DNA of 32,000 bases from Vibrio vulnificus CMCP6. GTDB taxonomy: Bacteria > Pseudomonadota > Gammaproteobacteria > Enterobacterales > Vibrionaceae. A model generated the notes under the pieces. It did no database searches, was not told the origin of the DNA, and was given only the letters and a program-made list of their open reading frames with translations. The DNA is taken from assembly GCF_000039765.1 (NCBI RefSeq), contig NC_004459.3:180001-212000 (forward strand), read 5' to 3'. Shown piece after piece: positions 9,609-21,311 of the stretch (positions are counted from its first letter, which is position 1; the number at the start of each line of letters is the position of its first letter). Both the position numbers and the translations under genes were made by a program.

Positions 9609-10436
9609 ATGACCAAATGGGTCTTAATCACAGGCTGCTCGAGTGGTATTGGGTACGTCTGTGCGCACGCACTGCAAAAAAGCGGCTTTGAAGTCATTGC
9701 TTCTTGTCGAAATCTCCGTGATGTTGAGCGCTTGCAAAGCGAAGGACTCACGTGCATTCAACTCGATTTAGCCGATAGCAACAGCATTTCTCTTGCCGTT
9801 CAACAAGCCCTAGAGATCAGCGACGGGCAACTCTATGGGCTTTTTAACAATGGTGCCTATGGACAACCTGGTGCACTGGAGGATCTCCCCACTGACGCAT
9901 TGAGAGCCCAGTTTGAAAGCAACTTTTTTGGTTGGCATCAATTGGTACGTGAAATATTACCGATCATGAGAAAGAACAAGCAGGGGCGCATTGTGCAAAA
10001 TAGCTCCGTGTTAGGATTCGCTGCGATGAAATATCGCGGAGCCTATAACGCCTCTAAATTCGCGATTGAAGGTTGGAGCGACACCCTCAGGCTTGAGCTC
10101 GATGGCACGAATATTCACATTGCCATCCTCGAACCGGGTCCGATCGAAACCCGTTTTCGTTACAACGCACTGCAAGCCTTTTTGCAATGTATTGATATTG
10201 AAAACAGCCCTCACCGAGAGAGCTACTTGGCGCAAAAAGACCGCCTAGAGAATACCAACTCGAAGAGCAGTTTCGTCTTACCTGCAGAGTCTTGTATTGA
10301 GCCAGTGTTGCACGCGCTAACCAGTCAGAAACCGAAAATACGTTACCGAGTGACCACGCCAACTAAGCTGTTTGCTGTATTCAAACGGATTCTACCAACG
10401 CGCTGGCTAGATGAAATATTAAAAAGAGCGGCGTAA
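9609..10436 (+). CDS. short-chain dehydrogenase/reductase family protein
   Basis: Rossmann motif VLITGCSSGIG, LFNNGAYGQPG, NSSVLGFAAMKYRGAYNASKFAIEGWSDTLRLEL (YxxxK). Confidence 0.94.
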   Translation: MTKWVLITGCSSGIGYVCAHALQKSGFEVIASCRNLRDVERLQSEGLTCIQLDLADSNSISLAVQQALEISDGQLYGLFNNGAYGQPGALEDLPTDALRAQFESNFFGWHQLVREILPIMRKNKQGRIVQNSSVLGFAAMKYRGAYNASKFAIEGWSDTLRLELDGTNIHIAILEPGPIETRFRYNALQAFLQCIDIENSPHRESYLAQKDRLENTNSKSSFVLPAESCIEPVLHALTSQKPKIRYRVTTPTKLFAVFKRILPTRWLDEILKRAA

Positions 10437-10628
10437 TTTATTGCTGATAATGTAATCAATTCGTCACAAATGGATGATAATTTACTCATCACCACAAAAT
10501 CTCGGTCATTTTCACTGCTAACAAAACGAGCACCTAGTTCATGTCATTAAATCAATTAAACTGGCTAAGTGTGGGTGTGGTGCTGACAATATTTATACTT
10601 ATTTAGGCACTTTCGCTTGCCACTCGAC

Positions 10629-10655
10629 AAAACGCTGCACTCTGCAGCGTTTTTT
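10629..10655 (+). terminator. rho-independent terminator with no ORF immediately upstream
   Basis: AACGCTGCA-CTC-TGCAGCGTT followed by TTTT, about 195 nt downstream of the SDR stop. Confidence 0.85.
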
Positions 10656-10724
10656 GTGCTTGAAAAACCAGGCTCTCTACCCAATATCTTGTTGAGATAA
10701 GACTGTCTTGATAAGGATCCCAAA

Positions 10725-11579
10725 ATGCAATCTCCATACATTGTTGATATCAATGAGCAAAATTTTCGTGAAATCATCGAACGCTCAACACAAACACCAA
10801 TAGTGGTACATTTTTGGGCAAATGCTTATCCTGAGAGCACCGAACATCTCCCTGCTCTCCGCCAACTCGCCCAGCAATATCAAGGCGCGTTTGTCTTAGC
10901 GCTACTCGATTGTGAACAACAAGGCCCCATCGCCGCACAGTTTGGCGTACAAGTGTTACCAACCACCGCATTGTTCATCAATGGGCAAGCAGTCGATGGT
11001 TTAGGTGGTCCTCATCCGTTGGAAAAAATTCAGGCCATGCTTGACAAACACTTACCATCACAAGATGAGTTGCTGTTGAAAGAGATCAACGAGTTTATCC
11101 AGCAATCTCGCCATACTGAGGCGTTGGAGAAAATCGCGTTGTTGTCTGAGGCCATCGCACAACGAGGTGATGTCAAGTTGGCTCACGCCAATTGCTTATT
11201 AGAGCTTCATCAACTCGACTTAGCAGAGCAACTACTGTCAAGCATCCCCTTAGAATATCAGGACAATTACTATAAAGGCTTGATCGCGAAACTCGACCTA
11301 CAAAAACAGGCCTCCAACAGCCCGGAGATCCAAAAACTGGAGCAGCAACACCAAGCGAATCCAGAAGATCACACTATCACCTGTGAGCTAGCGATCCAGT
11401 ATCAGCAAGTCGGTAGAGAAGAGGAAGCGCTGGCGCTACTCTGGTCACAATTGAAAGTTAATTTAAGCATTGGCGATGGTGAAGTACGTAAAACCTTCAT
11501 GGATATTCTTTCCGCATTAGGACAAGGAAATGCTGTAGCCAGTCGCTACCGTCGACAACTCTACTCCATCCTTTACTAA
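10725..11579 (+). CDS. ybbN: thioredoxin-like co-chaperone YbbN/CnoX with TPR domain
   Basis: Thioredoxin-like N terminus (PIVVHFWANAYPESTEHLPALRQLAQQYQGAFVLALLDCEQQGPIAAQFGVQVLPTTALFINGQAVDGL) lacking CxxC, then a TPR-like C terminus. Confidence 0.94.
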   Translation: MQSPYIVDINEQNFREIIERSTQTPIVVHFWANAYPESTEHLPALRQLAQQYQGAFVLALLDCEQQGPIAAQFGVQVLPTTALFINGQAVDGLGGPHPLEKIQAMLDKHLPSQDELLLKEINEFIQQSRHTEALEKIALLSEAIAQRGDVKLAHANCLLELHQLDLAEQLLSSIPLEYQDNYYKGLIAKLDLQKQASNSPEIQKLEQQHQANPEDHTITCELAIQYQQVGREEEALALLWSQLKVNLSIGDGEVRKTFMDILSALGQGNAVASRYRRQLYSILY

Positions 11580-11612
11580 ATTAGCTTCAACTTACTATCA
11601 AATCAATTACTT

Positions 11613-11634
11613 AAGGCTGGTTTAATCCGGCCTT
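11613..11634 (+). terminator. rho-independent terminator of ybbN
   Basis: AAGGCTGG-TTTAAT-CCGGCCTTTATT hairpin shortly after the stop codon. Confidence 0.75.
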
Positions 11635-11742
11635 TATTCTGTCAGAAACTGGCGTCAATTCGCATTTATTACATTGTTTTACTTATCATTCTGCGCAAAA
11701 ATAAACCAATTGCATATCTTATTTATTCAGAAGGATGGAATT

Positions 11743-12666
11743 ATGCCAATTGACTCGTTAGTCACTATCGCGGTACTCGTTTTTGTTGCGATTACCTTTA
11801 TTGCCTCAGCAGTAAAAACCGTACCACAAGGACACAACTGGACGGTGGAACGCTTTGGTCGCTACACTCAAACACTCAAACCAGGTCTTAACCTGATCGT
11901 CCCTTTCATCGATCGTATCGGCCACAAAATCAATATGATGGAACAGGTTCTCGATATCCCTGCTCAAGAAGTTATTTCTAAGGATAACGCTAACGTGGTG
12001 ATCGATGCTGTCTGTTTTGTCCAGGTCATTGATGCAGCCAAAGCCGCTTATGAAGTCAGTGAGCTACAACATGCCATCCGCAACCTCACCCTCACCAACA
12101 TGCGTACGGTATTAGGTTCTATGGAGCTGGATGAAATGTTGAGCCAGCGCGATATGATCAACACCAAACTGCTGTCAATTGTTGACCAAGCGACCAATCC
12201 TTGGGGGGTCAAAGTCACACGTATCGAAATTAAAGACGTTCAACCACCAGCAGATCTTACCGCAGCGATGAACGCACAAATGAAAGCGGAACGTAACAAG
12301 CGCGCGGAAGTGCTAGAAGCCGAAGGGGTGCGCCAAGCTCAAATTCTACGCGCAGAGGGTCAAAAGCAATCTGAAATCCTCAAAGCAGAAGGGGAAAAAC
12401 AAGCTGCGATTTTGCAAGCAGAAGCCCGTGAACGTGCGGCTGAAGCAGAAGCAAAAGCGACAGCAATGGTTTCTGACGCTATCGCCAAAGGTGACATGCA
12501 AGCAGTGAATTACTTCATTGCACAAGGCTATACTGAAGCATTGAAGACCATTGGCCAAGCCGAAAATGGGAAAATCATCATGCTCCCACTTGAGGCTTCT
12601 GGCCTAATGGGTTCAATTGCTGGTATTGCTGAAATGTTCAAGCAAAGCGGCGATTCACAAAAATAA
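11743..12666 (+). CDS. qmcA: SPFH/band-7 membrane protein QmcA
   Basis: [85 protein letters not shown]. The ORF track begins at 11674; the likely ATG at 11743 follows GAAGGATGG. Confidence 0.95.
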   Translation: MPIDSLVTIAVLVFVAITFIASAVKTVPQGHNWTVERFGRYTQTLKPGLNLIVPFIDRIGHKINMMEQVLDIPAQEVISKDNANVVIDAVCFVQVIDAAKAAYEVSELQHAIRNLTLTNMRTVLGSMELDEMLSQRDMINTKLLSIVDQATNPWGVKVTRIEIKDVQPPADLTAAMNAQMKAERNKRAEVLEAEGVRQAQILRAEGQKQSEILKAEGEKQAAILQAEARERAAEAEAKATAMVSDAIAKGDMQAVNYFIAQGYTEALKTIGQAENGKIIMLPLEASGLMGSIAGIAEMFKQSGDSQK

Positions 12667-12675
12667 GGAGGCGCT

Positions 12676-13128
12676 GTGATTGAGTTATTAGATGGCATCA
12701 ATCACTGGCATTGGCTAGCTCTCGGGCTAGCCTTATTGGCAGTGGAATTGTTGGGCACCGCAGGTTACTTTCTTTGGCTTGGTTTGTCGGCTTTACTGGT
12801 TGGTCTGTTGCTGTCTCTTATCCCTATGAGTTGGCAACTGCAGTGGAGCGCGTTCGCAGTGTTCTCACTCGTGACGACTTGGCTTTGGTGGCGCAAACAG
12901 CTTGCAAAAGATCAGCAAGATGATTCATCACGCGATCTTAATCAGAAGCAAAAACAACTGGTTGGCCAAGAAATTATTCTAAAAGAGGATATCCATGCTG
13001 GCATGAATCGAATTCAAGTGGCAGACACCACTTGGTCAGCACATTCCGATATTGATATTCCAGCAGGCAGTAAAATTAAAATTATCGCCTTAGATGGAAT
13101 TGTGTTGAAGGTTGAAGTGAGCGCTTAG
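12676..13128 (+). CDS. NfeD-family (YbbJ-like) membrane protein
   Basis: GTG start after AAGGAGG. N-terminal TM helices plus a C-terminal OB-like domain (LVGQEIILKEDIHAGMNRIQVADTTWSAHSDIDIPAGSKIKIIALDGIVLKVE); adjacent to qmcA. Confidence 0.92.
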   Translation: MIELLDGINHWHWLALGLALLAVELLGTAGYFLWLGLSALLVGLLLSLIPMSWQLQWSAFAVFSLVTTWLWWRKQLAKDQQDDSSRDLNQKQKQLVGQEIILKEDIHAGMNRIQVADTTWSAHSDIDIPAGSKIKIIALDGIVLKVEVSA

Positions 13129-13261
13129 CTGTTAATAGCGTGGACAGTTTGAGGCCTTATTTTCCCAGAGAGCCTCTTTCTGTACTCAAGTAATATTGCT
13201 AACAAATGACAAACACAATGTGTTACTGAACGATCGCCACGTCAAAGCTCTGTAACTTTAT

Positions 13262-13630
13262 CTAACGAAAACGATAGAAATCTGCACCCAAGAAGGCATC
13301 CCATCCTCTTTGCCATTCCGCTTTAATCATCGCCTCATTCGCATACGCACTACATTGTCCCGTGTAGCGAATCCCTCTAATGCCTTTTTCAAAAGCATGA
13401 AAAGGGTCGCAGTATTCTTTCTTCCCTTTTTCATACCCCTGAATATATGCATTCTGCTCAAAGGGAACTTTTTCCTTAATTGCACTTAGTGACTCTGACT
13501 CTTGTTGATAACCATGAACGCCAAATCGATATCCTTGATTAAACCAAAACTCTTCCGAAGTCATTGGCGTAGAGGATGTACAACCAGTAATAGATGCGAA
13601 ACACAGTGCTGCCAAACTATAATTTTTCAT
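13262..13630 (-). CDS. putative lipoprotein, DUF2799-like
   Basis: Signal peptide with lipobox-like ASITGC, then repeated [W/Y]xxGxxxG motifs (WFNQGYRFGVHGYQQES, YIQGYEKGKKEYC). Confidence 0.75.
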   Translation of the reverse strand: MKNYSLAALCFASITGCTSSTPMTSEEFWFNQGYRFGVHGYQQESESLSAIKEKVPFEQNAYIQGYEKGKKEYCDPFHAFEKGIRGIRYTGQCSAYANEAMIKAEWQRGWDAFLGADFYRFR

Positions 13631-13643
13631 GTTGCCTCCTAGA

Positions 13644-13676
13644 AAAGAAAAAAGCCGAGCACTTAGTGCTCAGCTT
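13644..13676 (-). terminator. rho-independent terminator of the ChiP-like porin gene
   Basis: Minus strand reads AAGCTGAGCACTAAGTGCTCGGCTTTTTTC. Confidence 0.85.
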
Positions 13677-13701
13677 ATTAGGCAGTTATACTCGGTTCAA
13701 C

Positions 13702-15051
13702 TTATTTTACGTTGAAAGGAATCGCTAGAATCAACTTGAAATCAGTCTCATCTTGGAACGCGTTTGCATAACCAGTCCAGTTTGGAGCGTCAGAATCATT
13801 GAAGTATTGAGTGTAGTGGAATGCTACAGTCGCATCTTTCAATGCACCAGCTTGAATTGCGTAGTTAGCAAACATACTGTACGCGTATTCTGTTAGATCA
13901 TCGTAGCCTGCAACTGAAGCACCAGTACCAAGAGCAGCACTCACACCAGCACTAAACCCTGTGCCGCCAATATCAGAAAAGTCACGAGATACAGAACCGA
14001 AAACTGCTAGCTCTTCATGATGGTTAAAGTCTGAACGGTTGTTCCACCAAATTTCATATGCACCATTTGAGCCGCCGTAACCTGCTGTAGGACGGTATGC
14101 AAACCAGTTTCCATCTTCGTCAGCAGAAGTATAGGTTGCTTCAGCACGGAAAGAATAAGCACCAGCAGAGAAGCTAGACAAAAACGCCAACTGGTAGCCT
14201 AGATCATCATTTGTATATTGGTTTTCATCTTGAACGATATAAAGTTGTGGAGACCAGTAGAAGCCACCATCAGTTGTGCCTTTCACTTTAAAGTGAGCCG
14301 TTGTACGCTCATCCAACTTAGAAAGAGCACCGTCTAGGCTAATGCCGTTATCTAAAGTATAACGAGCACCTAGAGAGAACAAAATCTCATCATCGCCGTC
14401 AACACCTTTGAAAGCGTCAGTTTCTTTATACCAAGGCGCTTTGTATTCATCAGCAACCACGAAACCTAAATCAAGCTTGCCGAATGTACCACCAATTTCA
14501 CCGCCACGGTAAGTACCAGGAGCAAACGACCAGTTTACACCTAAACCGCTTGCAACTGATGGCTGGAAGTAACCTAGTTTAGCGCGTACATTATCACCAA
14601 ACTTAAACTTAGCAGCTGCTGTTGCAAAAGAAACACCACCTTTTTCTAGGTTGTTCCAACAACCAGCAGACGCAGGACCATCACAGTCAAGGAAGTTCAT
14701 TTCATGACCAGCACCAACTGAATCATTCCACATATCCCAAGTGCTATAGATAACGAAATCCGCACCAACGACATCATTAACGTAACCCGAATTAAAACCG
14801 AGGTTGATAAACAAGCTGCCGTGGTTCAGGTTTGTCTCTTTCTTAGTATCGTTACCGTTTGCATCAACGTTGCCGCGATCACGAGCACGCATCCACATGT
14901 TAAAGTTACCGCTGATGGTTGATTCAGCAAAAAACTCAGAAACCTCACCAGCATACTGTGGACCTACTTGGTCCGCTGCTGAAGCTGGAGCTGCTGCGAT
15001 TGCGCCTACCATTGCTGCAGTTATGGCAGATACTTTAAAAAATTTGTCCAT
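13702..15051 (-). CDS. OprD-family outer-membrane porin, ChiP (YbfM)-like
   Basis: Signal peptide ending ASAADQ. Matches remembered E. coli ChiP landmarks: WMRARDRG, TNLNHGSLFINLGFNSGY, YGPNxxAKLGYFQP-like, WSFAPGTYRGGEIGG, VADEYKAPWY, IWWNNRSDFN, and C-terminal YANAFQDETDFKLILAIPF. Confidence 0.82.
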   Translation of the reverse strand: MDKFFKVSAITAAMVGAIAAAPASAADQVGPQYAGEVSEFFAESTISGNFNMWMRARDRGNVDANGNDTKKETNLNHGSLFINLGFNSGYVNDVVGADFVIYSTWDMWNDSVGAGHEMNFLDCDGPASAGCWNNLEKGGVSFATAAAKFKFGDNVRAKLGYFQPSVASGLGVNWSFAPGTYRGGEIGGTFGKLDLGFVVADEYKAPWYKETDAFKGVDGDDEILFSLGARYTLDNGISLDGALSKLDERTTAHFKVKGTTDGGFYWSPQLYIVQDENQYTNDDLGYQLAFLSSFSAGAYSFRAEATYTSADEDGNWFAYRPTAGYGGSNGAYEIWWNNRSDFNHHEELAVFGSVSRDFSDIGGTGFSAGVSAALGTGASVAGYDDLTEYAYSMFANYAIQAGALKDATVAFHYTQYFNDSDAPNWTGYANAFQDETDFKLILAIPFNVK

Positions 15052-15491
15052 GGAAAAACTCCTAAAAATGGATATAGCTGTATTTTTTCATTCTCACCTT
15101 TAGTTGGCCGCCGAAGGGAGAAATCATTTCCTACGAAAAAACCTAATTAATCCTAATTTTGGTTTTTTTATTTCCTGCATACACCGTGTGTATCCATGGC
15201 TCATAGACTAACTTCGCAGCGTAAAACATCCAATAGGAACTTATTTTTTTTCTAAAAAAATATGAGCAAGCCCAAACTTCCTCAAATCAACATGATCTAG
15301 ATCTTATTTTCCACCCAAAGCAGAAGAAACGAACAAACCCTTTAAAAACAACAAATTAAGCATATCAATTTGAACCTCATCGCATTATATGTTTCTGCGT
15401 AAAGCATTTAGTCAGCACACGATCTGGCTCACGGAATAATTTCTATCGTTATTTTCATTCGTTAACCAGTATTTATTTCACATAAAAAAAT

Positions 15492-15519
15492 AACCCTCTA
15501 AACGTCAATTTAGAGGGTT
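15492..15519 (-). terminator. terminator downstream of ligA
   Basis: AACCCTCTAAA...TTTAGAGGGTT 11-bp stem; minus strand followed by ATTTTTTT. Confidence 0.85.
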
Positions 15520-15545
15520 TTAGTTTTTATTTTATCTTTTTTAGG

Positions 15546-17570
<2,025 letters not shown>

Positions 17571-17619
17571 TCACGATAAAAAAGGGCTCCGCTGGGAGCC
17601 CTGTTGGGATATTGGAAGC

Positions 17620-18555
17620 TTAAGCGTTTGCCGCTTTGAACTCAACTATTTGCCTTCTGTAACCCGCAAGGCGATCTGGCGTCATAAGATTGCGCTTATC
17701 ATCAAGCACATTACCACCGAGATCATCCGCTATTTTTTGCGCGGTTTTTAGCATCAAGTTAAAGTTCTGGTCAGCCTCACCATAACAAGGCAAGGTCATA
17801 AAGAAAGAGATACCTTTGGTCGAGAATTCCGCTGGATCATCATGTTTTAGCGTGCCTGGATGCATCATATTTGCAACACTAAACAGCACTTTACCAGTAC
17901 CCGACATATCAAGATGTCGATGGAAAATATCCATTTCGCCATACACTAGGCCATTTTGTTGCATGCTATCAAACAGCTTGGTGCCAACAAAGGGAGAATC
18001 ACCAGCACAATGTACATTAAGAACAATAACTTGCAGTTCTGGCTCTACTGTTTGTGACATCGGCTCATCGAGCTCTACGATGGTCTCTTCACCTGAAAAC
18101 GCGTCAATCTCGTCAGGATGATGAGTAAGAGGTTCATCTATTTCCTGAGGTTGCTCAACCCAAGCAGGCGCATCCTGCTCAATCGAAGCGGCTGCTTCTG
18201 CCTCTGCGACCGTAATATCATCATCAAATTTAGGTTGTGAGAACTTATTCTCTTTATCTTGTCCGCTATGAAGATCATCAATCAATGGATCGCCAATAAC
18301 ACCACTCGTAGAAAAGGGCTTCTCGTCTTCAAACGCGGGTTCTTTACGCTCTTTTCGAATAATTTCGTAATCATCTTCAGGGGCAACATACATCTCGCTC
18401 TCTTTAGGTTCGCTTTCTCCCAAATCAAGCTTGCTTAATGGTTTATCACCAAATTTTGCCTTCCCTTCTTTTTTACTCGTCCAAAGTCCGTGAAACAGCA
18501 GCGCCATGATGGCTAATGCGCCAACCACAATGAGTACGAATCGCAATTCCTGCAT
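17620..18555 (-). CDS. zipA: cell division protein ZipA
   Basis: N-terminal TM ([36 protein letters not shown]), acidic linker, C-terminal ZipA domain ([61 protein letters not shown]); next to ligA. Confidence 0.97.
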   Translation of the reverse strand: MQELRFVLIVVGALAIMALLFHGLWTSKKEGKAKFGDKPLSKLDLGESEPKESEMYVAPEDDYEIIRKERKEPAFEDEKPFSTSGVIGDPLIDDLHSGQDKENKFSQPKFDDDITVAEAEAAASIEQDAPAWVEQPQEIDEPLTHHPDEIDAFSGEETIVELDEPMSQTVEPELQVIVLNVHCAGDSPFVGTKLFDSMQQNGLVYGEMDIFHRHLDMSGTGKVLFSVANMMHPGTLKHDDPAEFSTKGISFFMTLPCYGEADQNFNLMLKTAQKIADDLGGNVLDDKRNLMTPDRLAGYRRQIVEFKAANA

Positions 18556-18757
18556 TATTTACTCTCATAATCCCAGAGACACACAAGGGTCTGTGAATCT
18601 ATCAACCTAAAATATCTGGTTACTTTACCAAAGTTATCGAAAGAGTTAGAACAAATTAATGTTAGAAGTTCAAAGATTGGTGTGATTTCTTGCACGCTTT
18701 TTTTCTTTCCTCAGTTGGGTACAATGAGTTCATTCATTTCTTAAGCAGAACAATAAG

Positions 18758-19498
18758 ATGAACACAACGTACACAAAGCGTAGCGGATTTGGTTATTTTT
18801 TCTATGGATTGGAACTGGCGTTATCACCCGGCGTGAAACGATTCATACTCATGCCACTGCTTGCAAACATCCTCCTAGTTGGAGGAGCACTCTATTATTT
18901 ATTCTCTAACCTTAATCTCTGGATTGAGGGGTGGATAGGTCAATTACCCGATTTTCTTTCTTGGCTGAGTTACCTGTTGTGGCCGCTATTGGCACTGACG
19001 ATCATCGCGACCTTCTCATATTTCTTCAGTACCTTGGCCAATTTCATTGCAGCGCCATTTAATGGCCTCCTTGCGGACAAAGTGGAAGAAAAACTGACGG
19101 GGCAAAAAAGTAACAACGATGGCTTTTCTGATGTCATTAAAGATGTACCTCGCGTCTTGGCTCGCGAATGGCGAAAACTGCTTTACGTACTCCCTAAAGC
19201 AATAGGTTTATTCTTACTGCTACTTATCCCCGCTTTAGGCCAAACCGTCGCGCCTCTTCTGTGGTTTATTTTTACCGCTTGGATGCTAGCAATTCAGTAT
19301 TGTGACTACCCATTCGACAACCACAAAGTCTCCTTTCATGAGATGAGAAACACTTTGAAACAAAACCAATCTAAAGCCTATACCTTCGGCGCTATGGTAT
19401 CCCTGTGTACTTCCATCCCTATTCTTAACTTGATCGTGATGCCTGTTGCCGTTTGTGGCGCGACGGCCATGTGGGTCAATGAGTTTAAGCGAGGATAG
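18758..19498 (+). CDS. cysZ: sulfate transporter CysZ
   Basis: SGFGYFFYGLELALSPGVKRFILMPLLANILLVGG...FIAAPFNGLLADKVEEKLTG...LRQNQSKAYTFGA-type C terminus; syntenic with zipA and cysK. Confidence 0.96.
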   Translation: MNTTYTKRSGFGYFFYGLELALSPGVKRFILMPLLANILLVGGALYYLFSNLNLWIEGWIGQLPDFLSWLSYLLWPLLALTIIATFSYFFSTLANFIAAPFNGLLADKVEEKLTGQKSNNDGFSDVIKDVPRVLAREWRKLLYVLPKAIGLFLLLLIPALGQTVAPLLWFIFTAWMLAIQYCDYPFDNHKVSFHEMRNTLKQNQSKAYTFGAMVSLCTSIPILNLIVMPVAVCGATAMWVNEFKRG

Positions 19499-19506
19499 TT
19501 TAAGCA

Positions 19507-19539
19507 CTTGCCACCTTAATGATGGGTGGCAAGTTTTTT
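19507..19539 (+). terminator. rho-independent terminator of cysZ
   Basis: CTTGCCACC-TTAATGATG-GGTGGCAAG followed by TTTTTT. Confidence 0.9.
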
Positions 19540-19653
19540 CCGAGTAGAAACATCACTCTCATAAGATATAACTATTTAATCCTTTTCCCTTTGAATTATC
19601 AGTCATATCCTTCTATTCCGTATTCACTAAACGTGTAATGAAGGAACATCACC

Positions 19654-20623
19654 ATGAGCAAAATCTACGAAGACAACTCTCTGACTATTGGCAATACTCC
19701 ACTGGGTTCGTTTGAACAAAGTGAGTAACGGTAAAGTGCTCGCGAAAATCGAAGCACGCAACCCTAGCTTCAGTGTTAAGTGCCGTATCGGTGCAAACAT
19801 GATTTGGGAAGCAGAAAAAGAAGGCAAACTGAAACCAGGTGTTGAATTGGTAGAGCCAACCAGTGGTAATACTGGTATTGCGCTGGCATTTGTTGCAGCT
19901 GCTCGTGGTTACAAGCTGACACTGACGATGCTTGAGTCCATGAGTCTAGAGCGCCGTAAACTATTGAAAGCACTCGGTGCAAATCTAGAGCTTACTGAAG
20001 CGGCGAAAGGCATGAAAGGCGCAATCGCTAAAGCAGAAGAAATTGTTGCTAGCAACCCTGAAAAATACCTACTTCTTCAACAATTCAATAACCCAGCAAA
20101 CCCAGAAATCCACGAAAAGACCACTGGTCCAGAAATCTGGGAAGCCACAGATGGCGCTATCGATGTCTTTGTTGCTGGTGTAGGTACTGGTGGTACCATT
20201 ACTGGTACCAGCCGTTACATCAAAGGTGAGAAAGGGAAACAAATTCTTTCCGTTGCTGTTGAGCCAACAGAATCTCCTGTAATTTCTCAAGCGCTGGCAG
20301 GTGAAGAAATCAAGCCAGCACCACACAAAATCCAAGGTATCGGCGCAGGTTTCATTCCTGGTAACCTCGATTTGTCACTGATTGACCGTGTTGAGAAAGT
20401 GACATCGGAAGAAGCGATTGAAATGGCTCGTCGCCTAATGGAAGAAGAAGGTATCTTGGCGGGTATTTCATCAGGTGCTGCCGTGGTGGCGGCAAACCGC
20501 CTTGCTGAACTCCCTGAATTCGAAGGAAAAACCATTGTTACCGTACTACCTAGCTCTGGTGAACGTTACCTAAGTACGGCCCTATTTGCTGGCATCTTTA
20601 CTGAGAAAGAGAACCAGCAGTAA
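19654..20623 (+). pseudogene. cysK: cysteine synthase A, with an apparent 1-nt insertion (frameshift) near the N terminus
   Basis: ATG at 19654 reads [17 protein letters not shown] then GSFEQSE-stop (stop 19726-19728). In the +1-shifted frame CysK continues [40 protein letters not shown]... to the stop at 20623. Removing one G in the GGG at 19704-19706 restores a full 322-aa CysK. Confidence 0.85.
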
Positions 20624-20650
20624 TACGGGTTCAAATCAATTTTTCGTTCA

Positions 20651-20676
20651 AAAAAGCCCCATTCAGGGGCTTTTTT
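20651..20676 (+). terminator. rho-independent terminator of cysK
   Basis: AAAAAGCCCC-ATTCA-GGGGCTTTTTT. Confidence 0.93.
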
Positions 20677-20917
20677 GTTGATCCTTGCCTCACCTTTGGT
20701 AATATCAGGGTGTTTTATTTTTAGCTTCAAAATAAAGAAGCGATAAAGAAAGTTTTTTGACATTTATGCAACAAAGCATAAAGCGTATTACATAAACTTT
20801 TGACTCGTATCTGCTTCAACACGCTTGCTCCCCTCGTGCTCTGGCGCGGTTCAAGTAAAGCGGTTAAGCTAAAACGAGTCTTGACTAACAAAAATACATT
20901 CAATTGGGGTATATCAC

Positions 20918-21175
20918 ATGTACGAGAAGCAAGTAGAAATCACAGCAGAAAACGGCCTTCACACTCGCCCAGCTGCTCAATTCGTAAAAGAAGCTAAAGC
21001 TTTTGACGCGGATATCACTGTGACTTCTAACGGCAAAAGCGCAAGCGCTAAGAGTCTGTTCAAACTACAAACTCTAGGTCTTGTAAAAGGCACTGTAGTT
21101 ACAATCTCTGCTGAAGGCCCACAAGCACAGCAAGCAGTTGATCACCTAGTTGCTCTAATGGATCAACTACACTAA
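20918..21175 (+). CDS. ptsH: PTS phosphocarrier protein HPr
   Basis: [55 protein letters not shown] (His15 region GLHTRPA). Confidence 0.99.
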   Translation: MYEKQVEITAENGLHTRPAAQFVKEAKAFDADITVTSNGKSASAKSLFKLQTLGLVKGTVVTISAEGPQAQQAVDHLVALMDQLH

Positions 21176-21311
21176 TCAATGTATTCCTCAAAGCCATTTA
21201 GCTCACACTAAATGGCTTTGTTCAAAGTACAACCGATTAGTCAGCTACAATTTTTCGTTAGCGATTTAGTCACACATTCCCGTTTACGTTTGACCAACTT
21301 AAGGTAAGGCT

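Noticed and set aside
19654-19728. Programmed ribosomal frameshift in cysK
   Set aside because: The site is a plain GGG run, with no slippery heptamer or internal SD that I can identify, and CysK is not known to use recoding. An insertion or sequencing error is simpler.
19688-20623. Taking the ORF-track cysK start ([13 protein letters not shown]) as the real start
   Set aside because: The upstream ATG frame encodes the conserved CysK N terminus [17 protein letters not shown], so the 19688 start is best explained as an artefact of the frameshift.
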